A DNA stretch of 64,000 nt from Candidatus Latescibacterota bacterium (GTDB taxonomy: Bacteria > Latescibacterota > UBA2968 > GCA-2709665), in the NCBI GenBank assembly GCA_965237675.1, contig OZ250150.1, forward strand, positions 3,104,001 through 3,168,000, read 5' to 3'. Of this stretch, positions 1 to 9,829 are shown piece after piece. How positions within the stretch are numbered: the first letter of the stretch is position 1; every line of letters starts with the position of its first letter. Both the position numbers and the translations under genes were made by a program. The notes under the pieces were generated by a model. That model made no database searches. It was not told the origin of the DNA and saw nothing but the letters and a program-made list of their open reading frames with translations.

Positions 1-655
1 GATTTTCGATGTGGACGGTGTGATCGTGGATTCCGAGGCGGTATACTGCGAGACGTTCGACAGGACGTTGGGGGACTACGGCGCAGGGATAAGCAGGAAC
101 GAATATGCGGTTTGCGTGGGCCATCCGGTGGAAGAAAACAGTGAGTACGCCGTCGAACGCTATGGATTGGATGTGGCGCCCGCCGTATTTCGCGAGCGCT
201 GGATGGGTCGATTCGAGGATGCCATCTCAGATCCCCACCGGGTGATGTTGATGCCGGGGTTCCTGGAGCTGTTGGCGCACGTGCGGAACGGCGGTTACCT
301 GCTTGGCGTCGCTTCGTCCACGCGGCGGCGCCGGATGATGAAGACGCTGGGCAGCGGCCTGCTATCCAGAATGGATGAGGTGTGTGATCTGAGCGAGGTG
401 TTTGACGTCATGCTGTCCGGAAGCGACGTCGAACGGCTGAAGCCGGCGCCGGATATTTATATGATGGCGGCCGAAGAACTCGGAGTCGCGCCGGAGGGAT
501 GCGCGGTAGTCGAAGATAGCGAGGCAGGCGTGGGAGCCGGCAAGGCCGCCGGGATGACCGTGTTCGCGGTGCCGAATTGCTTCACCTTGCGTCAGCACCA
601 CCACGACGCCGATTTCGTCCTTGACGGACTGACGGACGCATTGCGGTACTTTTGA
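1..655 (+). CDS. HAD-family phosphatase (beta-phosphoglucomutase/CbbY-like), 5' end truncated by the window
   Basis: Frame open from base 2: IFDVDGVIVDSE (HAD motif I), ASS motif II, LKPAPDIY, VVEDSEAG motif IV. Confidence 0.9.
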   Translation, partial: IFDVDGVIVDSEAVYCETFDRTLGDYGAGISRNEYAVCVGHPVEENSEYAVERYGLDVAPAVFRERWMGRFEDAISDPHRVMLMPGFLELLAHVRNGGYLLGVASSTRRRRMMKTLGSGLLSRMDEVCDLSEVFDVMLSGSDVERLKPAPDIYMMAAEELGVAPEGCAVVEDSEAGVGAGKAAGMTVFAVPNCFTLRQHHHDADFVLDGLTDALRYF

Positions 656-702
656 AATCGGAAGCGGTCGCCCAATTTGAATGTCCGCTTCCGTACCGAC
701 CG

Positions 703-1425
703 TCAGGCGTAGGTTTCGGCGTCGTCTTCCGGGGCGTAGCCGAGTTCCTCGCGGGCGTTCCGGAGGTCCCAGTATGCGCGGGTATTGTTCGATATGCCGT
801 AGTAGATGCCGAAATGCACATCGGTTTGGATGCTGCGGCGTACGAGCTGGACGGTGTCACGGTGGCTCAGCCAGGACGCGAGGATCCGGTCGCTCTTACG
901 TTTGATGACCGAGTCCGCGGGCTGAAAGGAGCCGATGCGCAGGCAGATAACCGAGAGTCCGAAGGCGTCCGCGTAGTACCGGCCCAGGTCTTCTCCGTAC
1001 GCCTTGCTGGCGCCATAGAAGCTGTCCGGCCGCGCATTCACCTCGGTCGTGGTGCCGATGCCTTGTTTTTCGTAATATCCGGTGACGTGGTTGCTGCTGG
1101 CAAACACGACGCGGTGGACGCCGGACCTTCGGGCAGCTTCGTAAACGGTGTAGGTGCCGCGGATGTTGGCCTCCAGAATGTCTTCGAAGGAGGCGTTCCC
1201 GTTTGGATTGCCGGCCATATGGACAACGGCGTCCACGCCGTCCGCCGCCTCGACCAATTGGTCCATGTCCGTAATGCCTGAAATCTGAACCTCTTCGTCG
1301 GGGCGGGCCGGCAGGATGGTGTTGTGGTAGAGCAGTCTGAGACGGTAGTCGTTCCTTAATCCTTCTCGCAAGACGCGGCCGATTCTGCCGGCGGCGCCTG
1401 TGATGAGGATTTTCTTTTTTTGCAC
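703..1425 (-). CDS. NAD-dependent epimerase/dehydratase, uronate dehydrogenase-like
   Basis: ITGAAGRIG Rossmann motif, FASSNH, YGASK (YxxxK), LRIGSF, WLSHRD. Confidence 0.85.
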   Translation of the reverse strand: MQKKKILITGAAGRIGRVLREGLRNDYRLRLLYHNTILPARPDEEVQISGITDMDQLVEAADGVDAVVHMAGNPNGNASFEDILEANIRGTYTVYEAARRSGVHRVVFASSNHVTGYYEKQGIGTTTEVNARPDSFYGASKAYGEDLGRYYADAFGLSVICLRIGSFQPADSVIKRKSDRILASWLSHRDTVQLVRRSIQTDVHFGIYYGISNNTRAYWDLRNAREELGYAPEDDAETYA

Positions 1426-1524
1426 GTGAAGCCCTTCCTGTAAGCTGTGAGGCGCGATCGGATGTAGGACCGAAAAAAGCGTGACGTTGGCGGTAGGGGC
1501 CGGTTATGTCCGTCCAGTCGGAAT

Positions 1525-2361
1525 TTACAATGGCTTGACATTGGCCCACTCGGGAAGCAGCCTGGCGGCATTGTTCCAGAGAATGTCTCTCATGGTTCGA
1601 TTGGACAGGTTGGCGCCCAGCGTCTTGCCCAGACATTGCCCGAATAGGCGGACCGGCAGGTCCGACGCGAAGACGACGCGGCCGCTTCCGAGGGCGTCAA
1701 CGGCGGTTTCGACGATGCCGGCCTCGGGGTCGCCGCCGCCGGTGTCCACAACCAGGTTCGGGCAGTCCGCGACGTGTTCGATGCCGCGTAGCCCGCATCC
1801 GTTGAGGTGGGCCATGATGATTTTCGCTTCGGGGTGCCTGCGCGCCAGGTCGGCAACGTCACCGGGAAAGGACTCGCCGGGCAGGTTGCCGGTGGTTTTG
1901 TCCCACGCGTGCTGCAGGACGGGAACGTCGAGTTCGGCCGCGCGTTGTAGAATCGGATCCAGGCCGGGGTCGGTGGCGCGGCGCGCCACCCAGAGCTTGA
2001 TGCCGCACATGCGCTCTTCTTCGATGCAGCGGTTGATTTCGGCGACGGACTCGTCGGGAAAGGTGGGATTGACGTAGCAGAAGGGCAGGAAGGCCTCCGG
2101 AGCCTGATCGCGCATCAGGAGGTTGTAGTCGTTGCCGTCCCGGCAGTGTCGCATGGCAGGTTCATGGAGGCGGCTGCCCGCGCCGGATGCGGGATGCAGC
2201 AGGAAGATGCACATTTTCGTGATGCCGGCGCGTTTGGCGGCTTCCAGTATCCCCTGAGCGTCGGCTTTCACGGAGGCCGCGCCGGGGCCCAGAGGGTGGA
2301 CGTGCACATCCAGGACGTCACAGGGTGGTTTCAATGTGGCTCTCAAAATCGAAAGGTTCAC
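1525..2361 (-). CDS. Amidohydrolase family 2 protein
   Basis: DVHVH metal motif, GIKL, PVLQH, IMAHL, VVFASD. Confidence 0.85.
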   Translation of the reverse strand: MNLSILRATLKPPCDVLDVHVHPLGPGAASVKADAQGILEAAKRAGITKMCIFLLHPASGAGSRLHEPAMRHCRDGNDYNLLMRDQAPEAFLPFCYVNPTFPDESVAEINRCIEEERMCGIKLWVARRATDPGLDPILQRAAELDVPVLQHAWDKTTGNLPGESFPGDVADLARRHPEAKIIMAHLNGCGLRGIEHVADCPNLVVDTGGGDPEAGIVETAVDALGSGRVVFASDLPVRLFGQCLGKTLGANLSNRTMRDILWNNAARLLPEWANVKPL

Positions 2362-2373
2362 GCGGACACCTCG

Positions 2374-3126
2374 CTACCAGCTGACGATACGCTCCGCGTT
2401 CGCGCCCAGGATGGCTGCGGCATCGTCGTCGGATAGGTCCGTCACGACGCGCGCGAGGGCCGAATACGGGATGAAGAGCGGAGCGTGGGAGCCAAACAAC
2501 AATTTGTCTCTCAGGCCGTCTTCCACCAGCACTTTTACCGCATCCATGCCGTCCGACTGGGAGACGTCGGCATAGAGGTTGGGCAACCCCAGGATCCTGT
2601 TTTTGTGCGCCCTGATCTCAGCCGTGCGGGGTCCGCCGATGATGACCGTGAGGTCAGGGTGGCGTTCCGCGGCATCCGCGATTTCGGCGGCGGGGACGTC
2701 GGGCACCTGGGCGAGCGGATGCTGTCGGCGGGGATCCTCGAGTCGGGTCTGGACGATGACACCCAGCCCGGCGCCGGTCAGGGACGTGAACAGCTCGGAA
2801 GCGACGTCAAGATCGTACCCCGAATAAGCGGGCAGGAGTTTGACCAGCCGGACTCGGGGTTGCTGTTTCGCCCGCTCGAGTTCGTCGCGCCACGTGGCGA
2901 TGGTCGGATCCAGAACGGGAACGGGATAGACGTCGTCTGTATCGTCCGCCGCTGTGTAGAGATCGTTGTTGAACCTGTGGGGGTTGCGGCACCACGCGGC
3001 GTCCAGGGGAGAGACGCAGATGCGTTCCACGCCGTATTCCTTGAGGGAGGCCCGCACCCGGTCCAGGGCCCCCACGACGGGATGGGACGGCCAGTGGCCG
3101 GTGTACGCGTTGATGTCGATAATCAT
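2374..3126 (-). CDS. Amidohydrolase-fold protein lacking the HxH metal motif
   Basis: Start MIIDINAYTGHWP (ATG at 3126 after an AAGGAG RBS); LLFGSHAP C-terminus. The track's extension to 3822 overlaps the upstream gene. Confidence 0.8.
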   Translation of the reverse strand: MIIDINAYTGHWPSHPVVGALDRVRASLKEYGVERICVSPLDAAWCRNPHRFNNDLYTAADDTDDVYPVPVLDPTIATWRDELERAKQQPRVRLVKLLPAYSGYDLDVASELFTSLTGAGLGVIVQTRLEDPRRQHPLAQVPDVPAAEIADAAERHPDLTVIIGGPRTAEIRAHKNRILGLPNLYADVSQSDGMDAVKVLVEDGLRDKLLFGSHAPLFIPYSALARVVTDLSDDDAAAILGANAERIVSW

Positions 3127-3200
3127 GAATCTCTCCTTGGCGTTGATCGTACCCATATCGGGTGCGCCGCACCCCGCCGCCTGGGGCCCGCAACGATCGG

Positions 3201-4034
3201 TCAGAGGGTTTCGACGCCGCTCCACACCGGCAGAAGCCGGGCGGTGTTGTTCCACAGGATCTCTTTCTTGACGGTGTCCGGGAGATCGGTTCCGAGCGTC
3301 TTGCCGAGTTGCACGCCGAAGTGACGGATCGGGGCGTCGGAGCCGTAGACAATGCGCTCCGGCCCGATGGCGGATGCGGCCGCTTCGACGATTCCGCTGT
3401 CCGGATCTCCTCCCGAGGTGTCTACGTAGATGTTGGGACAGCCGGCCACGTCTTCCATGCCGGCGAGCCCGCAGCCATTCATATGAGCCATAATGATGTT
3501 CGCCTCCGGGTGGCGACGTGCGAGATCGGCCACATCGGCGGGAAAGGATTCGCCCACAAGATTGCCGTCTGTCTTGATCCAGGCGTGTTGCAGCACGGGA
3601 ACACCCAATTGTACGGCGCGTTCCATGATGGGATCCAGGCCCGGATCGGTAGCGCGGCGAGCGACCCACAACTTGACGCCCGCCATACGCTCGCTTGCGA
3701 TACAGCGATCTATTTCCGCGACGGATTCGACGGGGTACATCGGATTGACATAACAGAAGGGGATGAAGGTTTCCGGTGCGAAATCTCGCATGGCGAGGGC
3801 ATAGTCGTTCGCGTGTCTGCATTCTTCAACCGAGGGTTCTCTCGGGCAGGTGGTGTACAGCGAAAAGAGGCACATTTTTTCCACCCCGGCGCGCAGGGCG
3901 GATTCGATAATGAGGCGGGCATCTTCTCTGGCGTCGGCTATCCTGTAAAGGCCGAAACAGTCCAGCGGGTGGACGTGGACGTCGAGGGCCGGACACGGGG
4001 GTTTCAGGTGGCTCATCAGTTCGGAAGGCGTCAT
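3201..4034 (-). CDS. Amidohydrolase family 2 protein (close paralogue of 1525-2361)
   Basis: DVHVH, GVKL, PVLQH, IMAHM, IVYGSD; ATG at 4034. Confidence 0.85.
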   Translation of the reverse strand: MTPSELMSHLKPPCPALDVHVHPLDCFGLYRIADAREDARLIIESALRAGVEKMCLFSLYTTCPREPSVEECRHANDYALAMRDFAPETFIPFCYVNPMYPVESVAEIDRCIASERMAGVKLWVARRATDPGLDPIMERAVQLGVPVLQHAWIKTDGNLVGESFPADVADLARRHPEANIIMAHMNGCGLAGMEDVAGCPNIYVDTSGGDPDSGIVEAAASAIGPERIVYGSDAPIRHFGVQLGKTLGTDLPDTVKKEILWNNTARLLPVWSGVETL

Positions 4035-4322
4035 CGTTTTTCCCCCCGGATGAAGCGTTCGGTATGTGCAGGATGCAATCGCCGCGGGCGTTTTTTTCGT
4101 TATTTCCCTTGCCCGTTTGATTGTACCCATATATAATTAACTTTGGACGAAATGCCAGCGGATTTCGGACCCGCCAGGTGAGAAACGGGATGGCCACGCC
4201 GGGTTTTCGCTGACCCGAAACGGCCGTCCCATTCTGTAGACCCGTGCAATATTCTCGAAGACGCGGTACCGTTCAGTGGGGGTTCATGCCTTCGGCGGTC
4301 GGTCTCGTGCCCGGGGGCGGAG

Positions 4323-5084
4323 ATGAAAGCAATTGTCGTCGCGGCGGGATATGCCACCCGGCTCTACCCGCTCACGAAGAATTTTCCCAAAGGGCTTCTC
4401 AAGGTCGGCGGGCGCGCCATTATGGATTATCTGATGGATCAGCTCGAGGCCGTTCCGGGGCTGGATGAAGTCTATCTGATAACCAACAGGCGGTTTGCCG
4501 GCCATTTCGAGCGGTGGTCGGCCGGGTGGGGCGGCCGCCTGAACATCGACGTGATCGACGACGGGACCACATCCAACGAGAATCGGTTGGGCGCAGTGGG
4601 GGACATTCGGTTCGCCATCCGGGCGCGAGCCATTGCCGATGATGTACTGGTGTGTGGATCGGACAACCTGCTCCGGTTTCATCTGAAGGATCTGGTGGCG
4701 GACTTCCGCGCCAATCCGGTGGCGCATATCTGCGTGTATCACGTGGACGACGCGGAGGACCGCCGCCGGCACGGCATTGCGGTGCTGGATGCCGGGAACC
4801 GAGTTGTGAAATTTGCCGAAAAGCCCGATGAACCGGAGTCGTCCTGGGGTTCGGCGGCCTTCTACGTATACCCGGCATCCACACTGAAGCGGTTTGACGA
4901 GTACATCGACAGCGGACGGACGCCGGACGCGCCAGGGCATTTTGTCGAATGGCTCTGCCAGGTGGAGCCGGTTTATGCGCACCGGATTCAGGGGTCTGCG
5001 GTCGATATCGGCAATCCCGAGGTCCTGGAGCGGGTCAGGCGTGAATTTGAAGGGAAGCGCTGCGAAATGGATTTTCCACGCTGA
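4323..5084 (+). CDS. Sugar-phosphate nucleotidyltransferase family protein
   Basis: MKAIVVAAGYATRLYPLTKNFPKGLL signature; FAEKP; DIG. Confidence 0.9.
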   Translation: MKAIVVAAGYATRLYPLTKNFPKGLLKVGGRAIMDYLMDQLEAVPGLDEVYLITNRRFAGHFERWSAGWGGRLNIDVIDDGTTSNENRLGAVGDIRFAIRARAIADDVLVCGSDNLLRFHLKDLVADFRANPVAHICVYHVDDAEDRRRHGIAVLDAGNRVVKFAEKPDEPESSWGSAAFYVYPASTLKRFDEYIDSGRTPDAPGHFVEWLCQVEPVYAHRIQGSAVDIGNPEVLERVRREFEGKRCEMDFPR

Positions 5085-5092
5085 ATGGACGG

Positions 5093-6580
5093 GTGTCAAG
5101 GCGGAAGATCGGGGGTGGTTTTATGGGCTGCCGTGCGGCCCTGGGTGCAATGGTTCTCCTGATGATTCCAGTTGCGGGGTTTGCCCATAGTCTGGGGGCG
5201 GATTTCGACGGAGACGGGAAGGTGGGGTTTTCGGATTTCCTGCTGTTTGCAAAATCGTACGGATCCACGATTGTCCGATTCGACCTGAACGACGACGGCC
5301 GGGTGGACTTCGACGATTTTCTATTGTTTGCCGGGGATTACGGTAAGGTCACCCACGAGGCGGGAGAGACGGAGGTCGGGGGCGAACGGTCGACGTTCGA
5401 GGCGATACAGGACCATATATTCAACGACAGTTGCATCAGCAGTTCCTGCCACAGTTCGGCGTGGGCGGCCGCCGGGCTTTCGCTCGAACCGGACGTGGCG
5501 TACGAACAACTGGTGGGGCGGGTCCCGCAGAACGCGAAGGCGCGGGAACTGGGGATGCTGCTTGTCAAGGCGGGGGATCCCAAACAGAGTTTTCTGATGA
5601 CAAAGCTGACGGGGTCGGGAGTGGGGTTCGGCGATCCGATGCCGAGGTCGTATTCCAGTTTGAGCGGCGTTGCAATAGACGCGATTCGCTCCTGGATCGC
5701 GGCCGGCGCGCCGCGGGATAGCGTGGTGCCGGATGCGCCCGACATGGACCGGGTTCCGCACTCGACGACGTTCTATTTCCAACCGCCCGCGCCGCCCCGG
5801 CGAGGGTTACAGATTCACCTGAAACCCTTTGCGATCGCGCCACGTTCGGAGCGGGAGATTTTTTCGACGACACGGCTGGGTGCGGCGGAAGACCTGATGG
5901 TGAACAAAATCGTGGTGGTACAGCCGGAGGGCAGCCATCATTTCATCATCTATCAGCTGACGGACGAGAACCCGCCGCCGCCGGGCATTCGGAATCTGGA
6001 TCCGACCGATCTTTCGCAGGCTCTCGGGATCTTTAGCAAACGGTTTGTCGTGGGTAGCCAGTCGACGAAGGCGGTGTTCGATTTTCCGGACGGCATTGCA
6101 ATTCCGATGCCTGCCGATGCGACGTACGAGCTGAACTCCCATTTCGTAAATACGTCGGGTGAAAACACGCTTATCGGCGAGGTGTACGTCAATCTGCATA
6201 CGATGCCCGCCGACAGCGTCAAAGTGGTGGCAAAACCCATCTTTGTCAGCTATTTCGGCATTCAGGTTCCGCCGGGTCAATCGGTGGCCGCCGGTCGGGA
6301 CTGGACGATGCGGCGCGACATCAACCTGGTCATGCTGTCTTCACACATGCATCGCCACGGTCGCCGGTTTGATATTTTCCTGGGCGACGAACGGATCTAC
6401 CGGAGCGAGGAGTGGGACGAGCCGGCGACGCTCGTGTTCAATCCCGCGCTCGAGGTCAAAGCCGGAGAACGGGTGAGATTCGAGTGTACCCACGAGAACG
6501 ACGACAAGGATTTCACGATTGGATTCGGATTTACGGCCGAGAACGACGAGATGTGCATCATGCTGGGGTATTACTATTGA
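5093..6580 (+). CDS. Secreted protein: EF-hand/dockerin-like pair + cytochrome-c-like domain + copper type II (PHM/DBH-like) monooxygenase domain
   Basis: Signal peptide; DFDGDGKVGFSDF and DLNDDGRVDFDDF; CISSSCH...PMP...WIAAGA; SHHF, NSHF, SHMH, EMC copper ligands. Start may be 5123 or 5150. Confidence 0.75.
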   Translation: MSRRKIGGGFMGCRAALGAMVLLMIPVAGFAHSLGADFDGDGKVGFSDFLLFAKSYGSTIVRFDLNDDGRVDFDDFLLFAGDYGKVTHEAGETEVGGERSTFEAIQDHIFNDSCISSSCHSSAWAAAGLSLEPDVAYEQLVGRVPQNAKARELGMLLVKAGDPKQSFLMTKLTGSGVGFGDPMPRSYSSLSGVAIDAIRSWIAAGAPRDSVVPDAPDMDRVPHSTTFYFQPPAPPRRGLQIHLKPFAIAPRSEREIFSTTRLGAAEDLMVNKIVVVQPEGSHHFIIYQLTDENPPPPGIRNLDPTDLSQALGIFSKRFVVGSQSTKAVFDFPDGIAIPMPADATYELNSHFVNTSGENTLIGEVYVNLHTMPADSVKVVAKPIFVSYFGIQVPPGQSVAAGRDWTMRRDINLVMLSSHMHRHGRRFDIFLGDERIYRSEEWDEPATLVFNPALEVKAGERVRFECTHENDDKDFTIGFGFTAENDEMCIMLGYYY

Positions 6581-6664
6581 GAAATCCGAAGTCGCGTTAT
6601 CCGGGGAGGGATCCGCTCCTTACCCAAGAGCACGGGTTGGTGACGTGGGATTCGGATTCACGGG

Positions 6665-7435
6665 CTAATCAATGCTCCTCATCACCTCATCGAACAGAAC
6701 CCGGTTTGTGGAGATGGCTTCTTCGCCACGAATGGTCGATTTTCCACGCCAGTCCGTAAACGTCCCGCCCGCTTCTTCCAGTATGGGTTGCAATGCGGCG
6801 CAGTCCCATACGGCCATGATGGGGTCCAGCATAATTTCCGCGCGGCCTGTGGCGACCAGGATGTGACCATAACAATCCCCCCATCCACGGCAGTAGGCAA
6901 CCTTTCGCGCGAGATTTCGATACGCGCCGTCCTTACGGTGTTCGGCAAACGATTCGAAGTCGGTTGCGCACATGAGGGCGTCTTCCAGGCGTGAGACCGT
7001 GGAGACCCGTGCAGGCCTGCCATTCCACGTGCAGCCTGAGCCCCTGGCGGCACAGACCATCTCGTTTACGGCAGGAAGATTGACCACGCCCACAGACGGG
7101 ATGCCGTCGATTTCCACGCAGATCATCACTCCGTAGAGCGGTACGCCGTGTACAAAAGACTTGGTGCCGTCGATCGGATCGATGATCCAGCAACGGCCGG
7201 TCCGGCCGGGCCGATCTCCGAATTCTTCTCCCACAATGGCGTCGTCAGGGAAACGATTTTGAATCAACTCCGTGATTTTTCGTTCCGCGGCGAGGTCGGC
7301 GGCGGTAACCGGGCTATTGTCGGATTTCTTGTCAACCTGGACACCGGTCTGAAAGTGCCGCAGCGTAATGCGCCCGGCCTGCCAGGCCGCGTGGGTGCTG
7401 AAGTCCAGGAGTTCCTGGAGAGAAGGCTCTGCCAT
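6665..7435 (-). CDS. hisN: Histidinol-phosphatase, inositol monophosphatase family
   Basis: GEE, WIIDPIDGTKSF, GWGDCYG, WDCAAL. Confidence 0.8.
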   Translation of the reverse strand: MAEPSLQELLDFSTHAAWQAGRITLRHFQTGVQVDKKSDNSPVTAADLAAERKITELIQNRFPDDAIVGEEFGDRPGRTGRCWIIDPIDGTKSFVHGVPLYGVMICVEIDGIPSVGVVNLPAVNEMVCAARGSGCTWNGRPARVSTVSRLEDALMCATDFESFAEHRKDGAYRNLARKVAYCRGWGDCYGHILVATGRAEIMLDPIMAVWDCAALQPILEEAGGTFTDWRGKSTIRGEEAISTNRVLFDEVMRSID

Positions 7436-7591
7436 GGGGGTCCCTTTTTCTATTCCGTGAGGCGCAATGCGTTCGGGGGGCCGCCCCCAATCGCACGACG
7501 GAAATGAGCCGGTGCTGTTCCGTATGTGGCTGGAATGTATGCAGGCGTCGAAAGGTTGTCAAGTTCGCGCCGGCATTGTTCAGAGTTCTGC

Positions 7592-7620
7592 TTGCGTTTT
7601 CCGTCCGGAATGGTTATATT
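7592..7620 (+). promoter_or_regulatory. Sigma70-type promoter for the candidate ncRNA
   Basis: TTGCGT-17 bp-TATATT. Confidence 0.55.
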
Positions 7621-7626
7621 TTTCGG

Positions 7627-7767
7627 TGGAGGCTGGATCCTCGGGTTCAACCTTTAAAAGTGCCTTGAATCTACGTAAGGGTGACCCAACCGGAAGTTAT
7701 TCCACAGGTTACTGTGGAACTTCGTCAATAATTTTCGGCACCTGGTAGGTTAGGCGCTTTTTTTTTT
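7627..7767 (+). ncRNA. Candidate structured small RNA of unknown family
   Basis: Own promoter; short 5' hairpin; ~105-nt rod (AAAAGTGCCT/AGGCGCTTTT, AATCTAC/GTAGGTT, GGTGACC/GGCACC, GAAGT/ACTTC, TCCACAG/CTGTGGA) with an internal bubble; ends in a T10 tract; AT-richer than flanking genes. Confidence 0.5.
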
Positions 7768-7879
7768 CGGGTGCGCCACCATACTTCAATGCAGATGTGC
7801 CGTCCGCTTCGGGCGTACCGGCGCGTTCGGCGAGGTTTGCCCGCGGTGTGCTCGCGCATTGTATCGACGGGAGGTGCCG

Positions 7880-8653
7880 ATGCTGGAAGTCGAGTTTGTG
7901 GAGCCCGTGGACGTGGAGAAAGCGGCCCGGATTTTTCATCGGGACGGGTTTGTCGTGGTGCGGAATGCACTGACGCCACGGCAACTCGCCTATGCCAGGT
8001 CGGGGGCGGAACGGGTGATTGCACAGCAGACGGCGGCCATCCCGCTGGAGGATGCGAACCGCGGATATGCGCGCTACTCCTTCGGCCCGCAACTCCACCA
8101 TCCCGAGTGGGCGCAACTGATTGATTTGCAAACAGTTTTGCCAGTTCTGGAAGCGATATGGAAGTGCGATGATTTCTATTGCTGGGGTGGCGGGGGAGAT
8201 TACTCGCTGCCGGGAGCGGAAATTCAGAAATTGCATGCCGATACCGGGGATATGCTCCGTGATCCACAGGGACGGGTGACCGTGATGGATCTGCCCACGC
8301 CGATCATTGCGGTGAATTTTCCCATGGTTGATTTCACGCAGGTCAATGGCGCAACCCGGTTTGTCCCTGGCACCCACCGGTGCCGGCACCCGGTACCCTC
8401 GCTGGAGGAGGAACCTGAATGGATGAAACGGTCGATCGTCTGCGGGCCGTCGGGAGGGGCGGTGATTCGCGATATACGTTGCTGGCACGGGGGCACGGCC
8501 AACCGGTCGGATGAGATTCGCGCGATGACCAGCGTGGGGTATGCGGCGCCCTGGTTCTTGTGGTTCCGGAAAGACAACCTGTTGCCCCGGGGCGTGTACG
8601 ATGGTCTCCCGGCGCGGGCAATGCAACTGACTCGATTTATCGTGGACGTCTGA
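7880..8653 (+). CDS. Phytanoyl-CoA dioxygenase (PhyH) family Fe(II)/2OG dioxygenase
   Basis: DGFVVV, LHAD, NGATRFVPGTH, WHGG, R; GGAGG RBS before ATG 7880. Confidence 0.9.
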   Translation: MLEVEFVEPVDVEKAARIFHRDGFVVVRNALTPRQLAYARSGAERVIAQQTAAIPLEDANRGYARYSFGPQLHHPEWAQLIDLQTVLPVLEAIWKCDDFYCWGGGGDYSLPGAEIQKLHADTGDMLRDPQGRVTVMDLPTPIIAVNFPMVDFTQVNGATRFVPGTHRCRHPVPSLEEEPEWMKRSIVCGPSGGAVIRDIRCWHGGTANRSDEIRAMTSVGYAAPWFLWFRKDNLLPRGVYDGLPARAMQLTRFIVDV

Positions 8654-8766
8654 GTGGGAGGCGGTCAGGGCGCGGCAAGGGGTTGACTGGGCCGCGATGC
8701 GTTGGTAACACGGTTGTTTCGGGCTTGTTTCGGGGTCTACATCAGGCTGAACGAGAGTGAGCCGTC

Positions 8767-8802
8767 GAAGAGGCGCGCAACCGCATGGTTGCGCGCCTCT
8801 TC
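8767..8802. terminator. Perfect hairpin between convergent genes
   Basis: GAAGAGGCGCGCAACC-GCAT-GGTTGCGCGCCTCTTC. Confidence 0.75.
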
Positions 8803-8809
8803 ATTTAAA

Positions 8810-9829
8810 TCAGGGTACATATCCGACGTCTTTTAGAGTGACTTGCTTTCCGGTATTGTGCGCTTTGCAGGCCGCGGCGGAAACCGCGACGCTTTCCATA
8901 ATTTCAGGGTAGGGAACCGGTGGCTGGCCGGTTTCAATCAGCGTCTTGATCAGTTTGATGTTCTCGTAGGCGCCGTAGGGGAAGACATAATCGCCAAGGG
9001 GGGCTGAATGGATATCGCCCATGTTGCCGAATGCGCTGGCGTAGAAGGCGCAGTGATAAGTATCCCCGGTGTCGCAATTGAGTACGGCGCCGCATCGGGG
9101 AAAGCGGGGTCCGCCCGGGTAAATGAGGTGCATGAAGCCGCCCGTGTTCTCACCCATGGATTCCACGGCTCGCACACCGGGTCCAAACAGGTTTTGAGCC
9201 AGACAGATGGCGTGGATCTGACCGGCCAGGGTAGGACCTCCCCCACGGATGGAGACGAATTCCAGGTTTCCGACTTCCGGAAAGCGGGCGGCGAATTGCC
9301 TGGCCTGAGGGAGGGTATTCAGGATGGACCGTGAAAGCAACGGGGCGTTGTGTTTTTGCGCCAGGCCCACGATCGCGATCGCGTTGTCCAGGTTGTTCGC
9401 GAGCGGCTTGTCGATAAAGGTGGGTACGCCTTTTTCGAGGCCGGGCCTGGCCAGTTCGAGATGGTCGGCGCCATCGTAATTGCAGTCAGCCACCAGAACA
9501 AGGTCCACGTCGTCCGAGACTTCGTGAAAATGGTCGCATACCCGCGGCCTGGACGTGAAGACCTGCGAGAAGATCTCCCCGACGCCGGGGTGTTCGTCCC
9601 AGACGCGCGCGATTTCGAATTCGTGCAGACGGGGAACGGTCATGCGGGTGGGGTCGCTGTAGAATGTATAAAAATAGAAGTGGGCCCCGCCGCTCATCCA
9701 GGTGTACGGCGCGCCGGCGCTGTTTTCCATGGGCTTCTGCAGGCGAAGGGGCGCGTGCTCGGCCATCAGCGCACCATAATACATGCCGTGCATGTCGCAG
9801 CGGATCAGACCGACTCGGATTTTCTTCAT
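8810..9829 (-). CDS. Gfo/Idh/MocA-like oxidoreductase
   Basis: MKKIRVGLI N-terminus; H...FIDKPLA motif. Confidence 0.7.
   Translation of the reverse strand: MKKIRVGLIRCDMHGMYYGALMAEHAPLRLQKPMENSAGAPYTWMSGGAHFYFYTFYSDPTRMTVPRLHEFEIARVWDEHPGVGEIFSQVFTSRPRVCDHFHEVSDDVDLVLVADCNYDGADHLELARPGLEKGVPTFIDKPLANNLDNAIAIVGLAQKHNAPLLSRSILNTLPQARQFAARFPEVGNLEFVSIRGGGPTLAGQIHAICLAQNLFGPGVRAVESMGENTGGFMHLIYPGGPRFPRCGAVLNCDTGDTYHCAFYASAFGNMGDIHSAPLGDYVFPYGAYENIKLIKTLIETGQPPVPYPEIMESVAVSAAACKAHNTGKQVTLKDVGYVP

Noticed and set aside
3127-3822. N-terminal 230 aa of the tracked 482-aa ORF
   Set aside because: Overlaps the upstream amidohydrolase in another frame; the real start with an RBS is at 3126.
7695-7720. 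DnaA-box-like TTATTCCACA / TGTGGAA
   Set aside because: Imperfect match, no box cluster; better explained as the apical stem of the candidate RNA.
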